Shown: positions 18,033 through 26,042, counted from the first letter of the stretch. The stretch: 64,000 nucleotides of DNA from Pseudomonadota bacterium (GCA_023395465.1 JAEWZE010000048.1:12744-76743), one strand, 5' to 3'. Notes: a model not told the origin generated them from the sequence alone. Numbers and translations are program-made.

Positions 18033-18065
18033 CTAAGTTTCACGTTGTCTGCGCTCCCAGATCAT
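18033..18065 (+). promoter_or_regulatory. Recurrent promoter-like element
   Basis: Box CTAAGTTTC at 18033-18041 and hexamer GATCAT at 18060-18065. The hexamer overlaps ATG 18064, which favours ATG 18091 as the start. Confidence 0.4.
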
Positions 18066-18090
18066 GGACACATCCAACCGGGAACACGCC

Positions 18091-18615
18091 ATGAACAACA
18101 CCACTGCCACCACCCAACCCATTCCAATCGACGTTGCCTGCCCGCACTGTGGCTCCGACTCCATCGCCACGGACGATCTCGTCTCCACCTGCTCGCGCGT
18201 CTGCTTCGTCTTGAACGAGGACGGTCAGATCGAGGCTCAGTACACCGGCCAAAGCGATACGTACTGGGAATCCCAGCACCCAGCCTACGAGGCGACTCCC
18301 TACAAGTGCCAGGATTGCGACGAGCCGCTGACCCTGCACGACCTCGTGCCCGACTACACGCTGGCGCCATTGCCGCTCCAGGTGCGCGAATACCTGATCA
18401 ACGCGCTTGCGGACGACCTGCTGGTGACAGGCTTGTCCACCATGGAACTCGGACTCATTGCCACCGCAGGATTCCAGCCGTTCTATGCCCGCCCGGATGC
18501 TGAACTGCTCAACCGCTACGTCACGTTGCACGGCGAACAGGGCTTGCTCGATCTTGTCGGGGACGACAAGACGCTCGCCACGGTCATCGCCGCGATCCGA
18601 GGAGAGAAGGGTTGA
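18091..18615 (+). CDS. Zinc-ribbon protein (CPHCG...CQDC), larger relative of 14340/14567
   Basis: I chose ATG 18091 because ATG 18064 lies inside the predicted -10 hexamer. Confidence 0.5.
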   Translation: MNNTTATTQPIPIDVACPHCGSDSIATDDLVSTCSRVCFVLNEDGQIEAQYTGQSDTYWESQHPAYEATPYKCQDCDEPLTLHDLVPDYTLAPLPLQVREYLINALADDLLVTGLSTMELGLIATAGFQPFYARPDAELLNRYVTLHGEQGLLDLVGDDKTLATVIAAIRGEKG

Positions 18616-18953
18616 GCGAGTCACCGGCGACGATCCATGTCAATGGCCAGACCTTCGCCCGCGCGCCACGTTCGCGCGCGGGAGTGCCCCTTGTGCCTCG
18701 GCATGGCACGGCCGGCTGGTACAAGCCCAGCCGGCATGGCGTCCTGCTGATGGAGCCTGACGGCACGCCGTTCGTCTTCGCCTGCCGCAACGGCGGCGGC
18801 TTCATCGTCTCGGCCCATCTCCACAACGGCCGCACGCGCTACATGTTCGGCCTGGCCACGAGGGACGAGAACCGCCTTGGCGTCACCACGGCGCGCGCCA
18901 GCCACGAGCTGGCCCGCTCGATACTCCAGCAGGCAAGCGTCATCGCATCCTGA
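18612..18953 (+). CDS. Hypothetical protein
   Basis: TTG 18612 overlaps the upstream stop (TTGA). The ORF ends immediately before the IS-like region. Confidence 0.45.
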   Translation: MSESPATIHVNGQTFARAPRSRAGVPLVPRHGTAGWYKPSRHGVLLMEPDGTPFVFACRNGGGFIVSAHLHNGRTRYMFGLATRDENRLGVTTARASHELARSILQQASVIAS

Positions 18954-18995
18954 AACTGGCATAGCGCGTACACTGCCACCAACACGAGCCCCGAG

Positions 18996-19059
18996 CGGAC
19001 GATGCAGGGAGCCTTGAGGCTCGCCGGAGACAAGGCCGGTCGATTGCCTGCATCGTCCG
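18996..19059 (+). other. 64-nt stem-loop with two internal hairpins (candidate IS left-end structure)
   Basis: The outer 13-bp perfect inverted repeat is CGGACGATGCAGG (18996-19008) and CCTGCATCGTCCG (19047-19059). The inner hairpins are GAGCC-ttga-GGCTC and CCGG-agacaagg-CCGG. Confidence 0.5.
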
Positions 19060-19262
19060 CGATTTGATACAGCGCCGAAGCTCGCAGGGAAGCGAGCGAC
19101 CCCGCCGGCCTGAGTCAGATCGGAGCGTGATGCCGCCAGCACCATCTCGGGCGATGCGGCATAGCGAGGTGGACGCCCGGCGGCTTGCCGTAGCGCTGTC
19201 TCATCCCGTGAGTTCGCGGTGTTCCAACTTGCGGCGCCGCCGCCGTGTGATCCACTGACCTC

Positions 19263-20630
19263 GTGACCGAGTCCCCTGCCACCATCGAACGCGCGTACCG
19301 GGTTCGGCTCCGACCGACGCCTACCCAGGCGCGAACGTTGGGGCGGTTGCTGGGCGCCAAGCGGTTCGTCTGGAACTGGGCGCTGGCGCGCAAGGACTCG
19401 GCGTGGCGCGAAGACGGGACCCGGCTCAACGGTGTTGAGCTGTCGCGCGAGTTCACGGCGCTACGGCAGGCGGATGGAACCGCATGGCTGGCGAGCCTGC
19501 CGCGCGAACCGTTCAATCAGGTGTTGCGGGATTTCGACCGGGCGTTGACCAACTTCTTCGCTGGGCGCGCCAAGCGCCCCCGCCGCAAGAAGCGCGGAAC
19601 GGTTGATGCGGTCCGTTTCACCCTGGACCAGCGCCGCGCGCAGGTCGAGCGCGAACGCGGCGTGGTGCAGATCGACGGGATCGGCAAGGTCCGCTTCCGG
19701 GTGAGCGAACCGCTCGCCGGTCGCCTGCGCTCGGTGACGGTGCGCCGTGATGCCGCCGGTCGATGGTTCGCCGCGTTCACAGCAGACCAGGTGCCCCGGC
19801 CGGACTCGGTACAACCGTTCGCGCCGGTGGTGGGCGTGGACCTGGGCCTGAAGGACACCGCGGCCCTGAGCACGGGCCAGATCGTCGCGGCGCCCAAACA
19901 CCTGGCCGCGCACCAGAAGCGCCTGCGGCGCTACCAACGCCAGTACACGCGCCAGCGCGACGCCGCCGCACGCCGGCAGGGCCTGGACCCAGCCAAGCCG
20001 CTCCCGAAGGACACCAGGATCGCAGTGTCGGGCCGGATGCGCAGGACGAAGCGTCGCATCGGAACGCTCCACGCAAAGGTGGCTGACTGCCGGCGTGACC
20101 ACCAGCACCAGCTGACCGCGAGCGTGATCCGGCAAGCCGACGTGGTCGCCATCGAGGACCTGGCGGTGAAAGCGATGGCCCGCAGCATGGGGCGGCGTGC
20201 GTTCCGGCGCAGCGTCTCCGATGCCGGCCTGGGCGAGATCCGTCGGCAACTGACCTACAAGGCGGCATGGCACGGTCGCACGCTCGTGACGGTCGATCGG
20301 TTCTTCCCCAGCAGCAAGACCTGCTCGGGGTGCGGGAATGTCCACGTCGGACTGACCCTGCGCGACCGGACCTGGCGCTGCGCCAGCTGCGGGGCCGATC
20401 ACCAGCGCGACCTGAATGCAGCAACGAACATCGCCGCCGAAGGGCTGCGACTCCTGAGTACCCCGAGGAGCGGGGGAATCGACGCGCGGGGAGAGGGTGC
20501 GTGCGCGGTCGGCAGTACACCGCCGGCCGGACAGCCGACCTCGTTGAACCGCGAACTTGTCTATCGCGCGGCCAAGCCGCGCTCCCCCGGCAGGCGCGGG
20601 ATGGAGCCGCGCAAGTCGGGGGCGGGATGA
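19263..20630 (+). CDS. tnpB: TnpB (RNA-guided RuvC-like nuclease, OrfB_IS605 type)
   Basis: GTG start. Motifs seen: VGVDLGLKD, VVAIEDL, zinc ribbon CSGCG...CASCG and RDLNAATNI. The tail ...ARGEGA...SLNRE is typical of the family. Confidence 0.85.
   Translation: MTESPATIERAYRVRLRPTPTQARTLGRLLGAKRFVWNWALARKDSAWREDGTRLNGVELSREFTALRQADGTAWLASLPREPFNQVLRDFDRALTNFFAGRAKRPRRKKRGTVDAVRFTLDQRRAQVERERGVVQIDGIGKVRFRVSEPLAGRLRSVTVRRDAAGRWFAAFTADQVPRPDSVQPFAPVVGVDLGLKDTAALSTGQIVAAPKHLAAHQKRLRRYQRQYTRQRDAAARRQGLDPAKPLPKDTRIAVSGRMRRTKRRIGTLHAKVADCRRDHQHQLTASVIRQADVVAIEDLAVKAMARSMGRRAFRRSVSDAGLGEIRRQLTYKAAWHGRTLVTVDRFFPSSKTCSGCGNVHVGLTLRDRTWRCASCGADHQRDLNAATNIAAEGLRLLSTPRSGGIDARGEGACAVGSTPPAGQPTSLNRELVYRAAKPRSPGRRGMEPRKSGAG
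20566..20622 (+). ncRNA. Candidate omega-RNA (reRNA) scaffold hairpins at the tnpB 3' end
   Basis: GCGCGGC-caa-GCCGCGC at 20566-20582, then a nested hairpin CCCCCG...GCGCGG-gatggag-CCGCGC...CGGGGG at 20584-20622. In this family the omega RNA overlaps the tnpB 3' end. The RNA extent is not determined. Confidence 0.3.
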
Positions 20631-20995
20631 GACTCCGAGCGTTCGGTTTCCGTGCCGCGATCGCCGCCGGCCTGGAGTTCGACCCGGACGATTTCGGCGG
20701 CGAGGTCGGTCTGATGACTGGGCTGATCGGCTACGCGCCCGCCCTGGACGCCGAGATGCAGCGTCGCTATGGCGAACATGGCCTCCAACCCTACGGCCAG
20801 CCGTTCGTGTTCGACTACGAGATCTCCGAGCCGTTCGGTTTCAAGTTCGCCAGGATGCTTGCTGCAGACCGGGCCGCAGATGCCGCCCCCGTGATCCAGA
20901 AGCTGTTCGACGATTCGGATCCCACCTTCTGGGCCCGAGTGAAGGCCGAGTCCGAAACCGCAGAAGACGAGGCTGAGACCGCCGCGGCTGCTTGA
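20627..20995 (+). CDS. Hypothetical protein, possibly the 3' part of a gene interrupted by the IS
   Basis: ATG 20627 overlaps the tnpB stop (ATGA). The distal part (GLIGYAPALDAEMQRRYGEHGLQPYGQPFVFDYEISEPFGFKF...) looks coding. The start is uncertain. Confidence 0.4.
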   Translation: MRLRAFGFRAAIAAGLEFDPDDFGGEVGLMTGLIGYAPALDAEMQRRYGEHGLQPYGQPFVFDYEISEPFGFKFARMLAADRAADAAPVIQKLFDDSDPTFWARVKAESETAEDEAETAAAA

Positions 20996-21008
20996 GCCGC
21001 GTCATGAA

Positions 21009-21048
21009 CCGCATCGGACCCCTGACCGGGTCCGCTGCGGTTTTTTTT
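21009..21048 (+). terminator. Rho-independent terminator
   Basis: Stem CCGCA-tc-GGACCC, loop ctgacc, stem GGGTCC-gc-TGCGG, followed by T8 at 21041-21048. Confidence 0.75.
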
Positions 21049-21186
21049 CGCCCGCTGCCTGGGCTAGCAACCAGCTGGCCACGGGCTGCGGTTGGAATGC
21101 TCTGGCCCGGCGGACCCTCCGAAGATTGCTCCATCCAGCTTGGACAACGGGACTCGCGCGCGACGGACGGGCCCGGGTCAGAAGTC

Positions 21187-21219
21187 TCAACTTTCCAGAC
21201 GGCGACGCGAGAGCATCCT
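21187..21219 (+). promoter_or_regulatory. Recurrent promoter-like element
   Basis: Box TCAACTTTC at 21187-21195 and hexamer CATCCT at 21214-21219, 28 nt before ATG 21247. Confidence 0.4.
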
Positions 21220-21246
21220 TCCAAGCAAGCCTTTCAGGAGCCTCAA

Positions 21247-21489
21247 ATGAACCTCGGACCACGCGAAACCGCAACCATCCTTGCCGCCCTGCGGCTCATG
21301 CAGGAGCACCAGGTTCTCGGCACCCTGCCCGCCCGGATCCAGCACATCGCCGCGGGACACGGGCAGTTCGAAGCAATGCAGGAGCACGAGGTCCACGAAC
21401 TCGGTCTGCAGTTGGCCGGCGTCACGGTTCAGGCGCCTGCGCGCGCCCTGCCGCGCAGCCCGATCGAGCTCATGGCGGTGCAGGCATGA
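21247..21489 (+). CDS. Hypothetical small protein
   Basis: AGGAG lies 6 nt upstream of ATG 21247. Confidence 0.5.
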   Translation: MNLGPRETATILAALRLMQEHQVLGTLPARIQHIAAGHGQFEAMQEHEVHELGLQLAGVTVQAPARALPRSPIELMAVQA

Positions 21490-21680
21490 CTCCGGCGCAG
21501 GAAGAAGTCATCGCGGCCTTCCACGAGATCGCCCGGCAGTTTGGTTCCCACGGCGACGGGCGCGCCAAGCGCATGGTCACCCACCTCGAGCCGTACGTGC
21601 GCAAGATCGTGGCCGAGCAGGCTGCCGCCAAGAAGGCCACGCGCCGCCGGACCGCAGCCAAGCCGACAGCCGGGGGCTGA
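21486..21680 (+). CDS. Hypothetical small basic-tailed protein
   Basis: ATG 21486 overlaps the upstream stop (ATGA). Confidence 0.45.
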   Translation: MTPAQEEVIAAFHEIARQFGSHGDGRAKRMVTHLEPYVRKIVAEQAAAKKATRRRTAAKPTAGG

Positions 21681-21682
21681 CG

Positions 21683-23338
21683 ATGGGCAACGTCGACAGC
21701 GCGACCCGAGAGCGGCGCCAACGCATCCGCCATCTTGGCAGGCTGGCGACGCGGCTTGCAGCAACCTGGTATCGCGACCCCAACGACCTTGGAGGCCACG
21801 GGCCAATCTTCGAGGTCGGGAACCTGCAGGCCTTCCGCGCGGCGTTCGTCGAGGTCTCCTACGCCAATCCTTTTGAGGTCCTTGAGCGCGACGAGGGCAC
21901 GGTTGAGTTCAACGTGGCGGGCGTGACGCTGGCCCGCATCACCCCTGCCGGTGCGCTGGAGCTGGTGGACACCTACGCCGCGCCGCACGCCCTCGCGCCG
22001 GGCAACGTCGCCGGGCTGGCTTCCCGTGCTTACTCCTACGAGTGCTCCCGCATCAGCGCGGCCTACGCCAAGCGCACGGGGGCAAGCTTGAAGATCCGCT
22101 CCATGCGCGGCGGGTACGACCACTCGCGTCCCCGCGCGTTGGCCGGCATGGCCACCAACGCCGTCAAGGCCTTCTGTGCCCGCCTCAATCCCGACGGCTT
22201 GGCCGCGCTGCGCCATGCAGCCATGGCTACCCTGTCCCATGCCCGCCAGGCACGCCACGTCTTCGGCGAGAACGGCTGGAAGTGGGTACAGGCCATCCGC
22301 GCCTATCCCGCGCTCATGAACTGGGCCTTGGGCGATTGCATCGAAACCTCGGGCGAGATCCCGATGGCGATCGAGGGTGGCCGCCCGCTGGTGCCTGCCC
22401 TGGCGAGCACGCTCGGGTTGACCGAAGCGCAGGTGCGTCGATTCCGCGGCCTCACCCCGCAGCGTCTCGGACCCTTCCCCGGGCTGGACACCCTCCGACT
22501 GTGCGCACAGCTTCCTCCGCACCTGTGGCCATCCAGCCGCAAGCAGTGGCGTGCGGCGATCATGGCGATCGGAGCAGCGACGTTCGTCCACGATGGTCAG
22601 GTTCTGCCGCCCGACCTCGCCGCGTCCCTCTTCCGTGGCGTGCGTGGCCCCATCGAGCTGGTCGATCCGTCCCGCTCCCTGTCGACGCTGCGCGACCCGC
22701 TCATCCACCTGCGGCATGCGCCGGCCCACGGTCCCGCCATGATCGAGCGCGTGGCTGCGATGAACCTGACCCAGCTCGTGCGCCTGACTCGGGAGTGGCA
22801 TCGCCGGCACGTGCAGGCGACGGTGGCAGCGCAGGCGGTAGTGGCCGCCCAGCTCCGCGATGCGCCATCGTGGCCCGGTACCGTTGACCCCGCGGTCGCC
22901 AGCGCCTTGCCAGGGGTTGTGGTGCGCGAGCTGGTCGCACCGGAGCAGCTCGCGCAAGAGGCAGTCGATCTTGGACATTGCGTCGCCGGGTACACGACTG
23001 CCTGCTACCTCGGCCGAAGCCGGATTGTCTCGCTCACCTGCCGCGCCAACGGTGCACGCAGCACGCTGGAACTGGTGCGCGCGGGGCGCGATCCCACGCG
23101 GCTGGAGATCCGCCAGCACTATTCGCGTCAAAACAGCCTTCCTTCGCCCCAGCTCGCACGGGCGGCCGAAGTCCTACTGGGAGAGCTCAACCGTGCGCCG
23201 AGCGCCGCTTGGCCGGTGATGCACGACTGTACGCCAAGCGCGCAGTGGGAGCGCATACATGCCCACATGGGACCGTGGCTGTTGCGATACCTGGGGATCC
23301 GCGAGGCGAGCCAGGCTCCGGCCGCGCTCGCCGCCTGA
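21683..23338 (+). CDS. PcfJ-like protein
   Basis: ATG 21683 lies within track ORF 21281-23338. The C-terminal LAQEAVDLGHCVAGYTTACYLGRSRIVSL...STLEL matches the PcfJ-domain signature (from memory). Confidence 0.6.
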   Translation: MGNVDSATRERRQRIRHLGRLATRLAATWYRDPNDLGGHGPIFEVGNLQAFRAAFVEVSYANPFEVLERDEGTVEFNVAGVTLARITPAGALELVDTYAAPHALAPGNVAGLASRAYSYECSRISAAYAKRTGASLKIRSMRGGYDHSRPRALAGMATNAVKAFCARLNPDGLAALRHAAMATLSHARQARHVFGENGWKWVQAIRAYPALMNWALGDCIETSGEIPMAIEGGRPLVPALASTLGLTEAQVRRFRGLTPQRLGPFPGLDTLRLCAQLPPHLWPSSRKQWRAAIMAIGAATFVHDGQVLPPDLAASLFRGVRGPIELVDPSRSLSTLRDPLIHLRHAPAHGPAMIERVAAMNLTQLVRLTREWHRRHVQATVAAQAVVAAQLRDAPSWPGTVDPAVASALPGVVVRELVAPEQLAQEAVDLGHCVAGYTTACYLGRSRIVSLTCRANGARSTLELVRAGRDPTRLEIRQHYSRQNSLPSPQLARAAEVLLGELNRAPSAAWPVMHDCTPSAQWERIHAHMGPWLLRYLGIREASQAPAALAA

Positions 23339-23349
23339 GCGGCGCGGCG

Positions 23350-23382
23350 CGAACTTTCGCCGGCCCGCTGGTCCTGTGAACT
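23350..23382 (+). promoter_or_regulatory. Recurrent promoter-like element
   Basis: Box CGAACTTTC at 23350-23358 and hexamer TGAACT at 23377-23382. The element overlaps the candidate GTG 23376 start. Confidence 0.35.
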
Positions 23383-23981
23383 GGACCAAGGTCACACGAA
23401 CAGCCCTTGCCTTGAACACCGGACACACGCCCCTCTCCACCGCTGCGGCCCATGCACTGGTTCGCCCTCTCGCGCGCAGCCAGTGGTCTGCCGACTACTA
23501 CTGGGGGAGTATCGAGCGAGCCCTCGCGGGGTGGTCGAAGGACTACGGCCTCAACCTCGATCCTGACTTCCAGCGCGGTCGCACGTGGTCGCCCCGGCAG
23601 CAGGCTCACTACATCGAGAACGCGCTTCGGGGCGTCATCCCTCCCGAGACGATGGTGATCCAGTTCAACGCTCCGCATTGGGATGATGACGGCTACCTGG
23701 GCGAGCTGCCACGCGAAGTCCAGATCATCGACGGCCTGCAGCGCCTGACGACCGTGATCGAGTATCTCGACGGCAAGGTGTTGCCCTTTGGCAGGTCAGT
23801 GCAGGATTTCGAGGGGACACCGTTCGACGTCCGCCGGCGCACCGGCTTCCGCTTCCGCTTCGCGATGCACACCTTTGCCACCAAGCGCGAGCTGCTGCAG
23901 CACTACCTTGACCTCAACAGCGGCGGCACGCCTCACAGCGCATCGGAGATCGAGCGCGTGCAGGCAATGTTGACCGCCTGA
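23376..23981 (+). CDS. DUF262 / ParB-like nuclease-superfamily protein (stand-alone)
   Basis: Motifs seen: LDPDFQRGRTWSPRQQAHYIENALRGVIPP and IIDGLQRLTTVIEYL (DGQQR-type). The start is uncertain: GTG 23376 or TTG 23412. Confidence 0.6.
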   Translation: MNWTKVTRTALALNTGHTPLSTAAAHALVRPLARSQWSADYYWGSIERALAGWSKDYGLNLDPDFQRGRTWSPRQQAHYIENALRGVIPPETMVIQFNAPHWDDDGYLGELPREVQIIDGLQRLTTVIEYLDGKVLPFGRSVQDFEGTPFDVRRRTGFRFRFAMHTFATKRELLQHYLDLNSGGTPHSASEIERVQAMLTA

Positions 23982-24000
23982 CCGGCCGCCAAGGAAACTC

Positions 24001-24026
24001 AAAAAGAAAGGGGGCTTGCGCCCCCT
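24001..24026 (-). terminator. Rho-independent terminator for the minus-strand lipoprotein gene
   Basis: Stem AGGGGGC/GCCCCCT with loop TTGC. On the minus strand it is followed by TTTCTTTTT. Confidence 0.65.
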
Positions 24027-24052
24027 CTCTCAAACCCGCTCCACCGGCGCGC

Positions 24053-24931
24053 TTACATGCAGTCGATCGGGTGGAAGCAATTGGACGCAGCGGCCTTCTC
24101 CGCTGCCGCTTCCTCGTCGGTCTTGACCGGCACAGCGGTTGCCAATTTCTTACCTTCAGCGTCCACCAGTTCGATGCGAACCATGCTCGCATTGATTTGC
24201 GGGGCGTTGGAACTGGTGTCGGACTTGCCGATGTCATCCACGTGGAAGTAGACCTTGACGGCACTCTTGCGCGCCGCCAGCGCTGCAGATGCCGCACGCG
24301 CCTCTTGTTCATCCGGCACGTAATACTGGCTCTGGGGCCCCTTCCACTTTTCGCCATTGGTGAACTGCACATAGCAGTAGGCCTGCCTTCCGCCCCTGCC
24401 CTCGTGCTGGCTGAAGACGCGGCCCGAGCCGCCCCAGATAATCCTGGAGCTGTCGAAGAAGCCCTTGTGCTCGAAGTTGTATTCCCGATAGGGGTCGTCA
24501 CCAACGTCCGTGGTGTACGAATACAGGCGCTTGCCTTCGTACGGAGCCACACGAGAGGCGATCTCCGGCTCGAGCGATGCCATGTAGTCCTTCTTCGCAA
24601 ATGCGTCCGTCGTCCTGTCGTACTCGCGTCCGCCGAGCATCTGGGCGTACTGCGTGCGCACCCGATCCTTTGCTTCGTCGTCGCCCATGTTCCAGGAGAT
24701 ACCCAGGCAATCGGTGGCATCGCCCAGCACGGCGAACTCGCTGGCCGGCGTATCCGGATCGATCTTCGGCTGCGTGGCCGGCTTCTTGGCGCTGCTTGCG
24801 TCCGCCGCGGATCCGACGGCACTGGGGCTGTCGGTTTCGCCGTCTGCTGCAGCAGATCCGGCGGGGTCATTGTTCGAGCATGCGGCAAGCAGAAGCGCCG
24901 CCGCGAGCGGCGCAAGTGGTGCGAATTTCAT
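24053..24931 (-). CDS. Lipoprotein (low-GC cargo)
   Basis: ATG at 24931 with AAGGGGGG upstream. Signal plus lipobox MKFAPLAPLAAALLLAAC. GC is lower than the surroundings. Confidence 0.65.
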   Translation of the reverse strand: MKFAPLAPLAAALLLAACSNNDPAGSAAADGETDSPSAVGSAADASSAKKPATQPKIDPDTPASEFAVLGDATDCLGISWNMGDDEAKDRVRTQYAQMLGGREYDRTTDAFAKKDYMASLEPEIASRVAPYEGKRLYSYTTDVGDDPYREYNFEHKGFFDSSRIIWGGSGRVFSQHEGRGGRQAYCYVQFTNGEKWKGPQSQYYVPDEQEARAASAALAARKSAVKVYFHVDDIGKSDTSSNAPQINASMVRIELVDAEGKKLATAVPVKTDEEAAAEKAAASNCFHPIDCM

Positions 24932-25140
24932 TGGATCCCCCCTTTGGGATGCTTGGTCCGAAAACGGCGGCTTGGCCGTTGTTGCGTTATAGCCGCCGCT
25001 GAGTGAATCGATCAAGAACCTGACGTGCATGGCGCGGGGCACTAGCCGTTCGCTATCCCCCGCTGTTTCGGTGCTGGTTGCGATGCTCCCGGCGATGCAC
25101 CGGCGGCTACGCTGCTCCCGACGAAACCGCAACGTCCGGC

Positions 25141-25323
25141 ATGGAAAGCGCACGTAGCCAACTCGACCTCTACCGCCACGATCCCATCAGGATCGCGCTC
25201 GCCTATCGGGAAGCTGCCGAGAGCGAGCTGATCAATCCCTACTTCCAGCCTGAAGACCGACGCAAGCGCCACGACTACTATCTTGGCGAGGCACAACGCA
25301 TCGAGCGCCAAGCCTATCGCTGA
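25141..25323 (+). CDS. Hypothetical small protein
   Basis: ATG 25141 lies within track ORF 25078-25323. Confidence 0.35.
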   Translation: MESARSQLDLYRHDPIRIALAYREAAESELINPYFQPEDRRKRHDYYLGEAQRIERQAYR

Positions 25324-25329
25324 GGCGGC

Positions 25330-25362
25330 GCAACTTTCCACTCGCGCCGCGCCCCCTAGCCT
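25330..25362 (+). promoter_or_regulatory. Recurrent promoter-like element
   Basis: Box GCAACTTTC at 25330-25338 and hexamer TAGCCT at 25357-25362, 29 nt before ATG 25391. Confidence 0.4.
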
Positions 25363-25390
25363 TCACCCCTGTTCCGCCCTGAGACCTCAA

Positions 25391-25762
25391 ATGCAGCTCG
25401 AAGCCAGCCACCAGATCCGCCCCGAGATGACCATCCAATGCGTCACGATGACCCAGTGCCAGATGGTCGCGCACGGCGTGGCGATGGGCTTTGAAGTCGG
25501 CCCGGATTGGACGACGCACGGCGGCCTGCCGCGGCTCTTCCTCATCGACCCGGCCGCCACGAAGCCGTTCCTGGCCAGCGTGGGACGGATGCCCCAGACG
25601 CGGCATGAGCCGGCGCATTACGTACTCACGCTGGCGCCCGAACTGACCGGTCACGCGCAGCCGCACCAGCGCAAGTTCGCCACGAGGCTGGCGTCCGAGT
25701 ACGCCCTGATCGCCGCCGGTGCCGCCTACGCTGGAAAGCAGACGGGCTTGCTCGCCGCGTAG
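25391..25762 (+). CDS. Hypothetical protein
   Basis: ATG 25391 lies within track ORF 25283-25762. Confidence 0.5.
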   Translation: MQLEASHQIRPEMTIQCVTMTQCQMVAHGVAMGFEVGPDWTTHGGLPRLFLIDPAATKPFLASVGRMPQTRHEPAHYVLTLAPELTGHAQPHQRKFATRLASEYALIAAGAAYAGKQTGLLAA

Positions 25763-25772
25763 GACGCCCAGC

Positions 25773-25805
25773 CTAAGTTTCGTGCGGATGCGCGCATGGC
25801 TTTCT
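25773..25805 (+). promoter_or_regulatory. Recurrent promoter-like element
   Basis: Box CTAAGTTTC at 25773-25781 and a weak hexamer CTTTCT at 25800-25805. Confidence 0.35.
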
Positions 25806-25832
25806 GGCCAGACCTTCCCAGCGGACAGCGAC

Positions 25833-26042
25833 ATGACCACCTCAACCAACCTGGACACAGCACTGGCCATCGAAGTTGCGCAGATCCTTCGCGAGGCGCT
25901 GAGCGCCCTCGGCGACCTCACCGATGGCTTCCCCGAGGACGAACTGCATCGCCCACCGCTGGAGATCGACCAGGCCGCGCAGCCGATCCTGCGCAAGCTC
26001 GACGAAATCATCGCCGGCAGCCAGGGACAACCTGCGCACTGA
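25833..26042 (+). CDS. Hypothetical small acidic protein
   Basis: ATG 25833 (MTTSTN). Confidence 0.45.
   Translation: MTTSTNLDTALAIEVAQILREALSALGDLTDGFPEDELHRPPLEIDQAAQPILRKLDEIIAGSQGQPAH

Larger units (their letters stand above)
18954..20640 (+). mobile_element. IS200/IS605-family tnpB-only element (IS1341-like); ends not resolved
   Basis: Consists of tnpB plus a structured non-coding left region (18996-19059) and nested hairpins at the tnpB 3' end (20566-20622). No tnpA (Y1/HUH) gene is present. The boundaries given are approximate. Confidence 0.55.

Noticed and set aside
19224-19256. Weak copy of the promoter-like element (CCAACTTGC ... TCCACT with the phased T) just upstream of tnpB.
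   Set aside because: The box lacks the TTT core and lies inside the presumed IS left end, and the implied TSS would coincide with the GTG start. It could be real but I did not count it among the 24.
18612-19290. N-terminal similarity between gene 18612 (MSESPATIH) and tnpB (MTESPATIE).
   Set aside because: Only about 8 residues / 26 nt are similar, and the rest of the two proteins is unrelated. This is most likely coincidence.
21281-21682. N-terminal 134-codon extension of the PcfJ-like ORF in the track (start 21281).
   Set aside because: The extension is Arg/Pro/Ser-rich and overlaps two better-supported small genes (21247-21489 and 21486-21680). ATG 21683 follows the upstream stop by 3 nt.
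24922-24954. Box-like GCGAATTTC with a phased T on the + strand, overlapping the lipoprotein start codon.
   Set aside because: It is a relaxed box, lies 180 nt from the next + strand start, and overlaps a minus-strand coding start. I judged it likely chance.
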